Part shown: positions 37,764 to 45,735 of the stretch, piece by piece
How the letters are laid out: each line of letters starts with the position of its first letter
Numbering within the stretch: the stretch's first letter is position 1
Assembly (NCBI GenBank): GCA_964236795.1
Contig: CAXSFV010000002.1
Span: 58,885 to 122,884 of the forward strand
Length of the DNA: 64,000 nt
Source of the DNA: an uncultured Armatimonadales bacterium
GTDB taxonomy: Bacteria; Armatimonadota; Armatimonadia; Armatimonadales; Capsulimonadaceae
Reading direction: 5' to 3'
Translations under genes and position numbers: made by a program
Notes under the pieces: model-generated
The model's database searches: none
What the model saw: only the letters and a program-made list of their open reading frames with translations
What the model was told of the DNA's origin: nothing

Positions 37764-38036
37764 ATGACGCTGATGCTGGAATTGGAGCCGGAGGTCGAGA
37801 CTCGGCTTCGCAGGAAGGCGGAGCGGGCGGGGCAGAGCCTCCCGGAATATCTCATTGCAGTGGCCGATGCCGAACCGGAAGAAGGCGGAGAGGATGCTTC
37901 GGAAGGCTCGGCGGCAGACCTGTTTGCAGGCCGGATCGGACTGTTTCGGAGCGGCGGTGACGGAAAATGGTCTCAGGATACCGGGCGCAAGTTTGCTGAG
38001 GGCATGGCGGAGAAGCGTCGGCAAGGGCGATTATGA
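37764..38036 (+). CDS. VapB-like antitoxin (putative)
   Basis: MTLMLELEPEVETRLRRKAERAGQSLPEYL (RHH/antitoxin-like N-terminus). AAGGAAG RBS at 37750-37756. The TGA overlaps the vapC ATG. Confidence 0.55.
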   Translation: MTLMLELEPEVETRLRRKAERAGQSLPEYLIAVADAEPEEGGEDASEGSAADLFAGRIGLFRSGGDGKWSQDTGRKFAEGMAEKRRQGRL

Positions 38037-38476
38037 GCAGAAAACAGCGCGTGACGACAGCAGGCGTGACGCTAACAGACACTGGGGCGATTGTGGCTTT
38101 GTTTGACGCAGAAGATGCGCTTCATGCTCAAGCGGAGCAGGCACTGGCGGGATTACCGAGAAAACCTTTGCTGACAACCTGGCCTTGCTTCACGGAGTCG
38201 ATGTACCTGCTGTATCAGTCAATCGGCTATGACGCGCAGGAAGAACTTTGGTCATGGGTTGAGGATGGCTTGCTGCAATTACATCTTCCCAATGAAGAGG
38301 AATGGCATCGAATGCGAGTATTGATGGCGCTGTATGAAGATGCGCCGATGGACCTTGCCGATGCGTCTTTGGTCGCGGCGGCGGAAGCGCTGTCTTTGAC
38401 ACGGGTGTTTACGTTTGATCGGCACTTCTACGCTTACCGCTTGGCGAATGGGGATGCACTGGAAGTCATCCAATGA
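38033..38476 (+). CDS. vapC: PIN-domain toxin VapC
   Basis: The four acidic PIN positions are present: LTDTGAIVAL, CFTESMYLL, DLADASLVAAAE, FTFDRHF. Confidence 0.8.
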   Translation: MSRKQRVTTAGVTLTDTGAIVALFDAEDALHAQAEQALAGLPRKPLLTTWPCFTESMYLLYQSIGYDAQEELWSWVEDGLLQLHLPNEEEWHRMRVLMALYEDAPMDLADASLVAAAEALSLTRVFTFDRHFYAYRLANGDALEVIQ

Positions 38477-38802
38477 CTTACGCGCTGTTTTTGCTGGTAT
38501 TTTTGTGCGTGCCGATTGCGGCCCTGCTGCTGGTTTTGCGCGGGAAGATTCAGGCGCGGTACTTGATCGCTTGCGCTCTGGTTTGCCTCTTGGCGTTTGT
38601 GTATACGTCGCCGTGGGACAATTATGCGGCGAAGACGCGGCTTTGGACGTATGACCCCCATTTTGCGCCGCCGAGCCATTTTCTGCTGTTTCTGCCGTGG
38701 GAAGAATATGCGTTTTATTTCGCGCAGGGCATTTTGATTTGCCTGTTAGTTGTTGCACTGTCTAGGTATCTGCGTCCGAAAACGGGCGGGAGCGATTTGT
38801 GA
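38473..38802 (+). CDS. lycopene-cyclase-domain protein (CrtYc-like, 3 TM)
   Basis: ~110-aa membrane protein with SPWDNYAA..RLWTYDP and LPWEEYAFYF (PxEE motif), as in heterodimeric lycopene cyclases. Its ATG overlaps the vapC TGA. Confidence 0.65.
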   Translation: MTYALFLLVFLCVPIAALLLVLRGKIQARYLIACALVCLLAFVYTSPWDNYAAKTRLWTYDPHFAPPSHFLLFLPWEEYAFYFAQGILICLLVVALSRYLRPKTGGSDL

Positions 38803-39131
38803 ACCCGTGGGCGTATCTGAGTTATGAGCTGTGGTGGGCGCTGCCGGTGATCGCCGTGCAGTGGCTGGCGGCGGGGCGAGAGCTGTGGCGCTGGCGGCGT
38901 CTGCTCGTGGTCTCGGTGATACTGGCAACGGCCTACTTGGGAGCGTGTGATGCGTTTGCGCTGGGCCACGGCATCTGGAGCGTAGATCCAAAACGGGTGG
39001 TCGGTATATATGCTGGGCCGCTGCCGCTGGAAGAACTCGTGTTTTACTTCGTGACGAACATCATGGCCGCGCAAGGATTTGTCATGGTTGCCGGGTTTTT
39101 GAGGGAGCGACAGGCGAAAAATGGCGGATAA
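38799..39131 (+). CDS. lycopene-cyclase-domain protein (CrtYd-like, 3 TM)
   Basis: GHGIWSVDPKRV..GPLPLEELVFYFVTN (PxEE motif). GTGA overlap with the previous gene. Confidence 0.65.
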   Translation: MNPWAYLSYELWWALPVIAVQWLAAGRELWRWRRLLVVSVILATAYLGACDAFALGHGIWSVDPKRVVGIYAGPLPLEELVFYFVTNIMAAQGFVMVAGFLRERQAKNGG

Positions 39132-40050
39132 CAACTCAGCAATAGACACAGCGCATCTGCGGAAGGATTACGGCGGGACACTGGGACGCGGGGCGTTTAC
39201 CGCCGTGCAGGACTTATCGTTTTCCGTGCCGTGCGGGCAGGTGTTCGGCTTTCTGGGGCCGAACGGGGCGGGAAAGACGACCACCATCAATATGCTGCTC
39301 GGCAACATCAAGCCGACTTCGGGCAGCGCCACGCTTCTGGGCAAGCCGCTCGGCGATCTGGATGCGCGGGCGCGGCTCGGCTTTCTGCCGGAAAAGTTTC
39401 AATTCCACGAGTTTCTCTCGGCGGAAGAGTTTTTAGATCTGCACGGCAAGCTCTACGGCATGGGACCAAAAGCCCGTCAGAAGCGCATCCCGGAAGTTTT
39501 AGAGCAGGTGAAGCTGTACGACCGCCGAAAAAGCAAGCTGTCGGAGTTCTCTAAAGGAATGCAGCAGCGGGCGGGGCTGGCCCAGGCGATACTCAACGAC
39601 CCGGAGCTGGTCATCTTGGACGAGCCGACCTCCGCGCTTGACCCGCTTGGACGCCGGGAAGTGCGGGAAATTGTCGCGGGGCTCAAAGAGCGCGGCAAGA
39701 CGGTTCTCCTCAACTCGCATCTCTTGGGCGAGATCGAGATGACCTGCGATCAAGTGGCAATTCTCAAGAAGGGCGAGGTGATCCGGGTCGGCAGCATGGA
39801 TGCACTGCTGGCCGCCCCGGCGACGGTTGAGATGCGGGTGCAGAACATCTCCCCGGCCCTGGTCAAGTCGCTCCAAGCGCTGGCGCACTCTGTCACGGTG
39901 GACGGCGAAGAAGTCAGTGTCGGCATTGGCGATGAGGCGATTATTCCCGATCTCGCCGCCGCCGTCGTCGGTCACGGCGGGCGCCTGCTGTCGCTGATCC
40001 CGAAGCGCGAATCGCTGGAAGACTTGTTCATTCGCGTGGTTGAGGCATAA
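39121..40050 (+). CDS. ABC transporter ATP-binding protein
   Basis: Walker A GPNGAGKTT, signature LSEFSKGMQQR, Walker B LVILDEPTSALD, and an H-loop. Confidence 0.9.
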   Translation: MADNNSAIDTAHLRKDYGGTLGRGAFTAVQDLSFSVPCGQVFGFLGPNGAGKTTTINMLLGNIKPTSGSATLLGKPLGDLDARARLGFLPEKFQFHEFLSAEEFLDLHGKLYGMGPKARQKRIPEVLEQVKLYDRRKSKLSEFSKGMQQRAGLAQAILNDPELVILDEPTSALDPLGRREVREIVAGLKERGKTVLLNSHLLGEIEMTCDQVAILKKGEVIRVGSMDALLAAPATVEMRVQNISPALVKSLQALAHSVTVDGEEVSVGIGDEAIIPDLAAAVVGHGGRLLSLIPKRESLEDLFIRVVEA

Positions 40051-40945
40051 CTTATTGATTAACGGAATTTGGGTGCTGGCGGGATTGACGGTGCGGGAAG
40101 CCATTCGGCGGCGGATTTTTCTTGCAGGGCTGGTTATCGCCGCGCTATATGTCGGCTTTTCGTTCCTGCCTCTGCATATTCGGACCGGCCCGCTGACCGG
40201 CTTTGACCTGCCGACGGCGAAAAACAACACAGGCCGCATCTTTGCCTGGCTCGGCTGCGGAACCATCAAGTTCTTCGGCGCAGTCCTAGCCGTGGCGCTG
40301 TCCGCCGGGGCGATCTCGGCGGAGGTGGACCGGGGCGTTTTGTCGGTCATTGTGCCGAAGCCGATCCCTCGCGCCGCCGTGTATCTCGGCAAATGGCTCG
40401 GCAATGTCTTCCTGCTGGCGGTCTGCGTGGGGGTCTGGGGCGGGCTGCTGGCTTTAGGCATCTGGAAACAAACGGGAACTTACCACCCGCGCCTCTGGGA
40501 CGGCGTCCTAGCGGCGGGCCTGTTTCCCCTGCTGTTTACGACGCTGACCCTCTGCTTTTCAACGTTTGCCGGGTACGCGCTGTCGTCGAGCCTGGCGCTG
40601 ATTGCCGCCGGCGTCGCGCTGGCCGAAGACTTACTGCACAACCTCTCGCTGCCGACCCGGCTGGACGTGCCGCTCTTGGACACACTCAGCAAAGCTGCCG
40701 GCTATGTTGTGCCACTCGGACGCATGAACCACTGGATCACGCGCGGGCTGGACGCAGGCGGCTTTCTTGGACCTTCCCCACCGGGCAGCGCAGGACTTGA
40801 CCTCAGCCTCATTGCGGCCACGGGAGACCCGACCCAAGCAGCGACAGTTGCGTCTACTTCGTCGGCGGATTTGACCTATATCCTGCTGTACATGCTGTTC
40901 TTCTTCGTGCTGGGATTGGTACTGTTTCAGCGGCGCGATTTGTAG
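40040..40945 (+). CDS. ABC-2-type permease
   Basis: 301 aa with ~6 hydrophobic spans. It overlaps the ATPase gene by 11 nt. TTG start. Confidence 0.65.
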   Translation: MRHNLLINGIWVLAGLTVREAIRRRIFLAGLVIAALYVGFSFLPLHIRTGPLTGFDLPTAKNNTGRIFAWLGCGTIKFFGAVLAVALSAGAISAEVDRGVLSVIVPKPIPRAAVYLGKWLGNVFLLAVCVGVWGGLLALGIWKQTGTYHPRLWDGVLAAGLFPLLFTTLTLCFSTFAGYALSSSLALIAAGVALAEDLLHNLSLPTRLDVPLLDTLSKAAGYVVPLGRMNHWITRGLDAGGFLGPSPPGSAGLDLSLIAATGDPTQAATVASTSSADLTYILLYMLFFFVLGLVLFQRRDL

Positions 40946-40947
40946 CA

Positions 40948-40984
40948 AGCGAAAGCCCGGCACTCAAGGTGCCGGGCTTTCGCT
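40948..40984. terminator. 16-bp-stem hairpin between convergent genes
   Basis: agcgaaagcccggcac-tcaag-gtgccgggctttcgct (perfect stem), right after the ABC permease stop. Confidence 0.5.
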
Positions 40985-41114
40985 AGTAATGTTCTACTTT
41001 TTCGGCGCAGCCGCCGGAGCGGGCGTCGAGGCAGCCGGCTTCTCGGTCTCTTTTTTCTTTTTCAGCGGCTTTCGTTTATCACCCAATGGGTTTTCCTACT
41101 TTCTGCCGGAATGG

Positions 41115-41600
41115 CTAACGGGCCGCAAACTCGCGCGATGGCTTCTGGGCAGGGGCATTGATGGGAGCAGCGGTGCGCCTGAGCGGCAGACGGGCCGGCG
41201 CGAGGCCGAACCGCTCTTCTAGGCCCAGGCGGCAGATGAGCGCTGAAACTTGGCTGTCGTCCGCAATTTGGAATGACACGGGGCGAGAGCCGGAAAGCTC
41301 ACGCCGCAGCTTCAGCAGCCGGGCCAGGAATGCTTCGTCAAGAGCGCTCACTCCCCGCAGGTCCAGCACCAGCGGCAATGACGCCTGACCGCGCAAAGAG
41401 CAGCTCAAACGCTCAACAGCCGCGAGATCAAACGCGCCGTGCAGGGCGAAATACTCGCCGGCGGAGGTCGCGGCGGCACGCTCGCGCACCAGCAGATAAG
41501 AATGGTCGCCCGGCTGCACGCCGAGGTGGCTTACGAACGTAGAGCGCACTGAGCGGCGCGAAGAAGACTGCGGCAAAGAGGAAGACAATGGAGGGGCCAT
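41115..41600 (-). CDS. STAS-domain protein (anti-sigma-factor-antagonist-like)
   Basis: ORF trimmed to ATG 41600. LHGAFDLAAVERLSCSL....LPLVLDLRGVSALDEAFLARLLKLRREL has a STAS-like layout. Confidence 0.55.
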   Translation of the reverse strand: MAPPLSSSLPQSSSRRSVRSTFVSHLGVQPGDHSYLLVRERAAATSAGEYFALHGAFDLAAVERLSCSLRGQASLPLVLDLRGVSALDEAFLARLLKLRRELSGSRPVSFQIADDSQVSALICRLGLEERFGLAPARLPLRRTAAPINAPAQKPSREFAAR

Positions 41601-41732
41601 GAGGCGCCTGCCTTTCTCGCGTACCCGGTTACGTAGGGTTTGGGTAAGTGTGGATCCGGGTGGACAACAGAGACAGGCATCGAAGGAGCGGCATTGCATG
41701 GAGTTCGACCTGCAATTTTAGTATACCATATC

Positions 41733-43973
41733 TTAGAACGGATGCACTAGCTTCAGTGTTACTTTGCCACGCGTTTTCGGCGAGTTCGGATCGCCGAACA
41801 GCAGAAAAACATCGGTTCCGGCGCGGACTTGCTGGCTGAACGAGAAGTAAATGTCGGTTCCTATCCCTGTCCCCTGGTCCACTCCGTCCTGATTGACGAC
41901 CCGCGCCCCGATTGTCTGGAACGGGTTCAGGCGGTAAGTGCCGGTTAAAATCCCCTGCGTGGAAGAAGTACTCCCGAGCTTGAGCAAGCTGTAGTTGAGC
42001 TGAAGCGAGAACGGGCGCGAGACGAACACCCCCTGACCCAGCGTCAGAAAATTATAGGCTTGTCCTTCCTGGCTGCCGAACACGTCTTCGATAGTCCCGT
42101 GCTGGTACAGAGTCTTGTGTCCCCAGGAGAACGCAAGGTCGCCTGTGTGGTCATGGAACAAGTTCCGCTGGCCCTGGTTAATCCCCGCCGACAGGCCGTA
42201 CCCGGTCCGGGTCTGTCCGTAGATGTTGATGTTCGCCGAGTCATGGAAAAAGCCGCCTGTATGGTGCTGGTAATCGCTGGCGCTGACCGACGCATAATAC
42301 TGTTCCAGCGGGCCTTTGTCGAACTGGTTGAACTGGAACAGGCTGATGTACGCGCCGCGCAGGTCGGTCTCCGGCACAAACCCCAAAGCGCTGGTGAAGT
42401 TCGGGCTGATGTCGCTGTACGCCATGTCAAGCCCCGGATGCCCGAACGGCACACTGGTGGAAAACTCAAGCTGGTCGTTCCCCCCGCCGGGGCTGCCTTG
42501 AAGCGACGACGCCGTGTGGAAGCCGCTGAGCGTGTACCGGGTCTGCCCCCGGCGCAGGCCGTAGGAGCCATACACCCGGCTGTCCGTGCTGCCGGGCTGA
42601 CCCGGCACATGGTCGTCCGTCAGCGCAATGCCTGCCTGGGAATACAAGCCGATGTCTTTGGCGAGGTTCAGCACCAAACTGTCCTGCGCGTTTTGCCCAG
42701 CGGTGTTGGAACCGAGCAGGCCGATCGTGGTGTCGCCCTGCTTGCCGGCAATCTTCAGACCTTCGTCTAAAGCGCCGATGCGGCGTGAGTAAAACAGGTC
42801 ACTCGACGGCAGAAAGCCTGCCCCTTCGGCAAAAAACGGCCGCCGGTCGGTCAGCAGCTTCTCGGTGTAGGAAAAGTTGATGTTCGTGACATCCTGCTCA
42901 ATCGTCTGAAAGTCCGGGAACACGGTCCCAACGCCCGTGAGCGTCGTGGACAGCGGGTACTTGATGTCAAGGCCCGTTCGTCCCGAATTGCCCGTGCCGC
43001 CGGTGACGAGCGTGTACGGCAGAAACGTCGGGCGGGGCGAGTAAAACGGCGGGGCGAAGCCCGTGAACTCGTCCATGTACTGCGGCTCGGTCGAACTGTC
43101 CACACCCGACGGCGGCACATAGGGCCAGCCTTGCAGCGACGTTTCGCGTGACATCTGGCGGTACAAAACCATGCCGAAGGCTCTCGCGCCGCGCGGGTAG
43201 CGCATCAGTGCGAAGGGGATGGCGATCTCGCAGGTCCAGCCGCGTTTCGTGCGCCGTGCTGCCGCCGTCCAATCGCCTGCCCAGGTGATGTTATCGGCAG
43301 TCCCCCCTTCCAAAAGTTCGGACTGGGTGCCGCGTGCGCTGACAAAAAACGACGAAAAGCCGCGCCGGCTGTTCTGGCTGTCAATGTCAATGCCGACATA
43401 ATCATCGTGGAAGATGTTGCCGTTGCGGATCGTTTCCCCGGCTTTAATCAGTTCCGGGTGGTCGTCCAAACAGCGGAAGGCGAAGTAGAGATGCGTCTTG
43501 TCCGCGCAGACCCAGCTTTGAGTCTGCTCCGCCGCCGGGGCCGGGTGTCCGCCGCCGTACCGAAAGAACCCCGCCGCCTTCGTCGCCGTCTTCCAGCAGG
43601 CGTCGTCGAGCCTGCCGTCAATAACAGGCGGCGCGGTGCAGGACGCGACTGTAAAGCTCTGCCGGGACCAGGCCGCCGGGTCGGCCGGCACGGAGACGGG
43701 CAAGTCGCCGAGTTCATCTTCCGTCAGCGCCTGCGACGTTCCCTGCTGCGCGGGCGGCGTCGGCACCACCTGCGGCACCGGCTTGGTCGGAATGGAATTC
43801 GTATTCGGCACGGACGCTGTCCCCGGCACTGCGCCGGGAACCGTCCCAGCGTGTTCCGCCGCCTGCGCCGAGGCAAAGTGAGCGGCAAACAAAAACAGCA
43901 GACACAGCGGCAGACAAAAACGGCGCATAATCAAACGGCGCATAATCAAACGGCGCATAATCAAACGGCGCAT
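41733..43973 (-). CDS. secreted CBM9-like + DUF5916-like large protein
   Basis: ORF trimmed to the first of four in-frame ATGs (43973). Signal peptide ...FCLPLCLLFLFAAHFASAQA. PPVIDGRLDDACWKTA is typical of CBM9/DOMON-like modules. A long beta-rich C-terminal region follows. Confidence 0.65.
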   Translation of the reverse strand: MRRLIMRRLIMRRLIMRRFCLPLCLLFLFAAHFASAQAAEHAGTVPGAVPGTASVPNTNSIPTKPVPQVVPTPPAQQGTSQALTEDELGDLPVSVPADPAAWSRQSFTVASCTAPPVIDGRLDDACWKTATKAAGFFRYGGGHPAPAAEQTQSWVCADKTHLYFAFRCLDDHPELIKAGETIRNGNIFHDDYVGIDIDSQNSRRGFSSFFVSARGTQSELLEGGTADNITWAGDWTAAARRTKRGWTCEIAIPFALMRYPRGARAFGMVLYRQMSRETSLQGWPYVPPSGVDSSTEPQYMDEFTGFAPPFYSPRPTFLPYTLVTGGTGNSGRTGLDIKYPLSTTLTGVGTVFPDFQTIEQDVTNINFSYTEKLLTDRRPFFAEGAGFLPSSDLFYSRRIGALDEGLKIAGKQGDTTIGLLGSNTAGQNAQDSLVLNLAKDIGLYSQAGIALTDDHVPGQPGSTDSRVYGSYGLRRGQTRYTLSGFHTASSLQGSPGGGNDQLEFSTSVPFGHPGLDMAYSDISPNFTSALGFVPETDLRGAYISLFQFNQFDKGPLEQYYASVSASDYQHHTGGFFHDSANINIYGQTRTGYGLSAGINQGQRNLFHDHTGDLAFSWGHKTLYQHGTIEDVFGSQEGQAYNFLTLGQGVFVSRPFSLQLNYSLLKLGSTSSTQGILTGTYRLNPFQTIGARVVNQDGVDQGTGIGTDIYFSFSQQVRAGTDVFLLFGDPNSPKTRGKVTLKLVHPF
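43921..43973. repeat. 15-bp tandem repeat x3.5, each unit carrying an in-frame ATG
   Basis: cggcgcataatcaaa repeated. The minus strand reads ATGCGCCGTTTGATT = MRRLI, giving ATGs at 43973, 43958, 43943 and 43928. Confidence 0.9.
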
Positions 43974-44114
43974 GGGACGACAGTGGCCCTTTCGATAAGC
44001 GGCACAGGAAGGCGGGAAAGACAGCAAACAAGAAGAAAAGCGGAGAGGCGTGAAGTCTCGTGACAGTGTAACATGAGATGGGGGAAAATGCAAGGCTAGG
44101 AATAGAACGCGCTG

Positions 44115-44314
44115 GAACGAGGGCGTCAATGAACGAGGGCGTAAACGCCCTCGCTGGGGAGCGCGGACGCTAAGGTCCCACCTGCGTGGGACAAGAATAA
44201 ATTATCGGACTCTTCCGCCACGCCGGTGGCGGCTTGCGCTTCGCCCCCCAGCGACGCCGTTCACGGCATCGCTCATTCTGCGGCATCGCTCATTCTGCGG
44301 CATCGCTCATTCTT
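44115..44314. repeat. family-1 long-hairpin element with reiterated ends
   Basis: Left end gaacgagggcgtaaacgccctcgctgggg. Core gacgctaaggtccc..gggacaaga..cttccgccac-gccg-gtggcggcttgcgcttcgccccccagcga. Right end carries a 17-bp unit x3 (44264-44314). Confidence 0.75.
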
Positions 44315-44334
44315 GGTGCTTCTCATCGGAAAAC

Positions 44335-44658
44335 TCACAGCGACCCGCTCGCGCCGATCTGCTTGTCCGCATCGTCAATCTCCGCCTGCGCGTTGAACAA
44401 ATCAATCAAGCGCCGGGCGACATTGGCCGTGTCCACCTGCGTCCACTCAAACTCCGTCCGCCGCCCTACCCGCTCCGGCCACTGCCCGATTTCGCCCGGC
44501 AGGTTCTTGAACTGGATGTCGCCGGGGTTCGCGGCCAGCGTATCCGCAAGCTTCAGCAGTGACGCCGACGCGGTTTTGATTTCGGCGTTCAGCTTGATGA
44601 TTCGGTTCTCGGCGCGGGCCTTCTTCAAAAGCAAGGCGCCCAATTCTTCATCGGTCAT
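44335..44658 (-). CDS. small helical hypothetical protein
   Basis: ORF trimmed to ATG 44658 (MTDEELGALLLKKARAENRIIKLNAEIK...). I recognise no domain. Confidence 0.45.
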   Translation of the reverse strand: MTDEELGALLLKKARAENRIIKLNAEIKTASASLLKLADTLAANPGDIQFKNLPGEIGQWPERVGRRTEFEWTQVDTANVARRLIDLFNAQAEIDDADKQIGASGSL

Positions 44659-44726
44659 TTTTACTTCTTTCTGCAACAAAAAATGCCCGGACATATTGGG
44701 TGTCCGGGCATATCGGCTGAGCCGTG

Positions 44727-45005
44727 CTAGTGACCGACCCGGTGCAGGCGGTGCAGGCGGCCATTGGAGCCGACGACCGAGCGATAGGTCTTGTTGCCGT
44801 TGCGGCGATGCACGACAGAGCGCTGGCCGGTGACTCGGTGCGCGGCAACGCTGGTATTTTCCGAGACCTTGCGGAACGGGTACTGAATTGCCTTACCGAA
44901 CTTGTGCAGCGAATTGCTGTCATGTCCCTGCGCCTGAGCCATCGGCGCAAGCGCCAGCCCCAGCAAACAAACAGCGGCGGCAGCGCCGCAAGAAATTGAA
45001 CGCAT
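44727..45005 (-). CDS. small secreted basic protein
   Basis: ORF trimmed to ATG 45005, preceded by AGGAGG. Signal peptide MRSISCGAAAAVCLLGLALAPMAQAQ. Mature part is His/Arg-rich. Confidence 0.5.
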   Translation of the reverse strand: MRSISCGAAAAVCLLGLALAPMAQAQGHDSNSLHKFGKAIQYPFRKVSENTSVAAHRVTGQRSVVHRRNGNKTYRSVVGSNGRLHRLHRVGH

Positions 45006-45099
45006 TGATTGTTCCTCCTGACCGCCGGAAGCGTCACAGCCGCAGGGAAAGTTCCCGCATGGGAACCCTTCGTACTCTCTCTTTGTTTTGTACCTCACT

Positions 45100-45723
45100 A
45101 TGACACGCATTAAAATTTGCGGGATTTCGAATGGCCTGGACGCGCTGGCGGCGGCGGACGCCGGGGCGGACGCGCTCGGCTTTATCGCCGTTCCCGGCAG
45201 TCCCCGCTTTCTGCCGCCGGAAGTTTACCACGAAATCTCTGCCGCCCTGCCCCTGTTCGTCAAGCGCGTCGTCGTCGCCCACCGGCCCGAAGACGCCGAA
45301 GAGTATTTGGCCGAATATGTCCAGCACTACGAAGACACGACCGACGAATCCCGTTTCCGGCGCGGCGCGGCGTGGCGCATCCGCGCGTTCCGTATGCGCG
45401 ATGAGTCAAGCCTTGCCGAAATCGCTGCCTACCCCGACCTCGTCGGCGCGATTCTTCTTGACACCTACCACAAGCAGATGCTCGGCGGCTCCGGCGAGAC
45501 CTTCGACTGGTCCCTCGCCGTCCGCGCCAAAGCGCTGACCGACAAGCCCTTCATTCTCTCCGGCGGCCTAACCCCCGACAACGTCCAAGCCGCCTTAGAA
45601 GCCGTCCGCCCCTACGCCGTAGACGTGGCCTCCGGCGTCGAAGCCTCCCCCGGTGTCAAAGACCACGCCAAGATCAAAGCGTTCATCCGTGCCGTGCGCG
45701 AGTGGGACCTGGCGCAGAATTAG
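45100..45723 (+). CDS. trpF: phosphoribosylanthranilate isomerase
   Basis: MTRIKICGI......AGADALGFI....SPR...ILLDT....GGSGETFDW...LSGGL.P.NV. Confidence 0.88.
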   Translation: MTRIKICGISNGLDALAAADAGADALGFIAVPGSPRFLPPEVYHEISAALPLFVKRVVVAHRPEDAEEYLAEYVQHYEDTTDESRFRRGAAWRIRAFRMRDESSLAEIAAYPDLVGAILLDTYHKQMLGGSGETFDWSLAVRAKALTDKPFILSGGLTPDNVQAALEAVRPYAVDVASGVEASPGVKDHAKIKAFIRAVREWDLAQN

Positions 45724-45735
45724 CAAAGACTGCTG

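Noticed and set aside
40985-41114. ORF 40989..41222(+) and a 31-codon Lys-rich minus-strand mini-ORF (TTG start, ...KRKPLKKKKETEKPAASTPAPAAAPKK) after the STAS gene
   Set aside because: The plus-strand ORF has low-complexity Phe/Gly composition and overlaps the STAS gene. The mini-ORF is too short and has a non-ATG start, so it cannot be supported from sequence alone.
43921-44314. Possible CRISPR array (15-bp x3.5 and 17-bp x3 tandem repeats)
   Set aside because: The repeats are directly abutting with no spacers, the units are far shorter than CRISPR repeats, and there are no cas genes in the window.
44115-44314. Family-1 elements as integron attC sites
   Set aside because: The termini contain GTRAAC/GTTYAC but do not fit the RYYYAAC...GTTRRRY cores. 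There is no intI gene, and the flanking genes (e.g. trpB/trpA) are core genes rather than cassettes.
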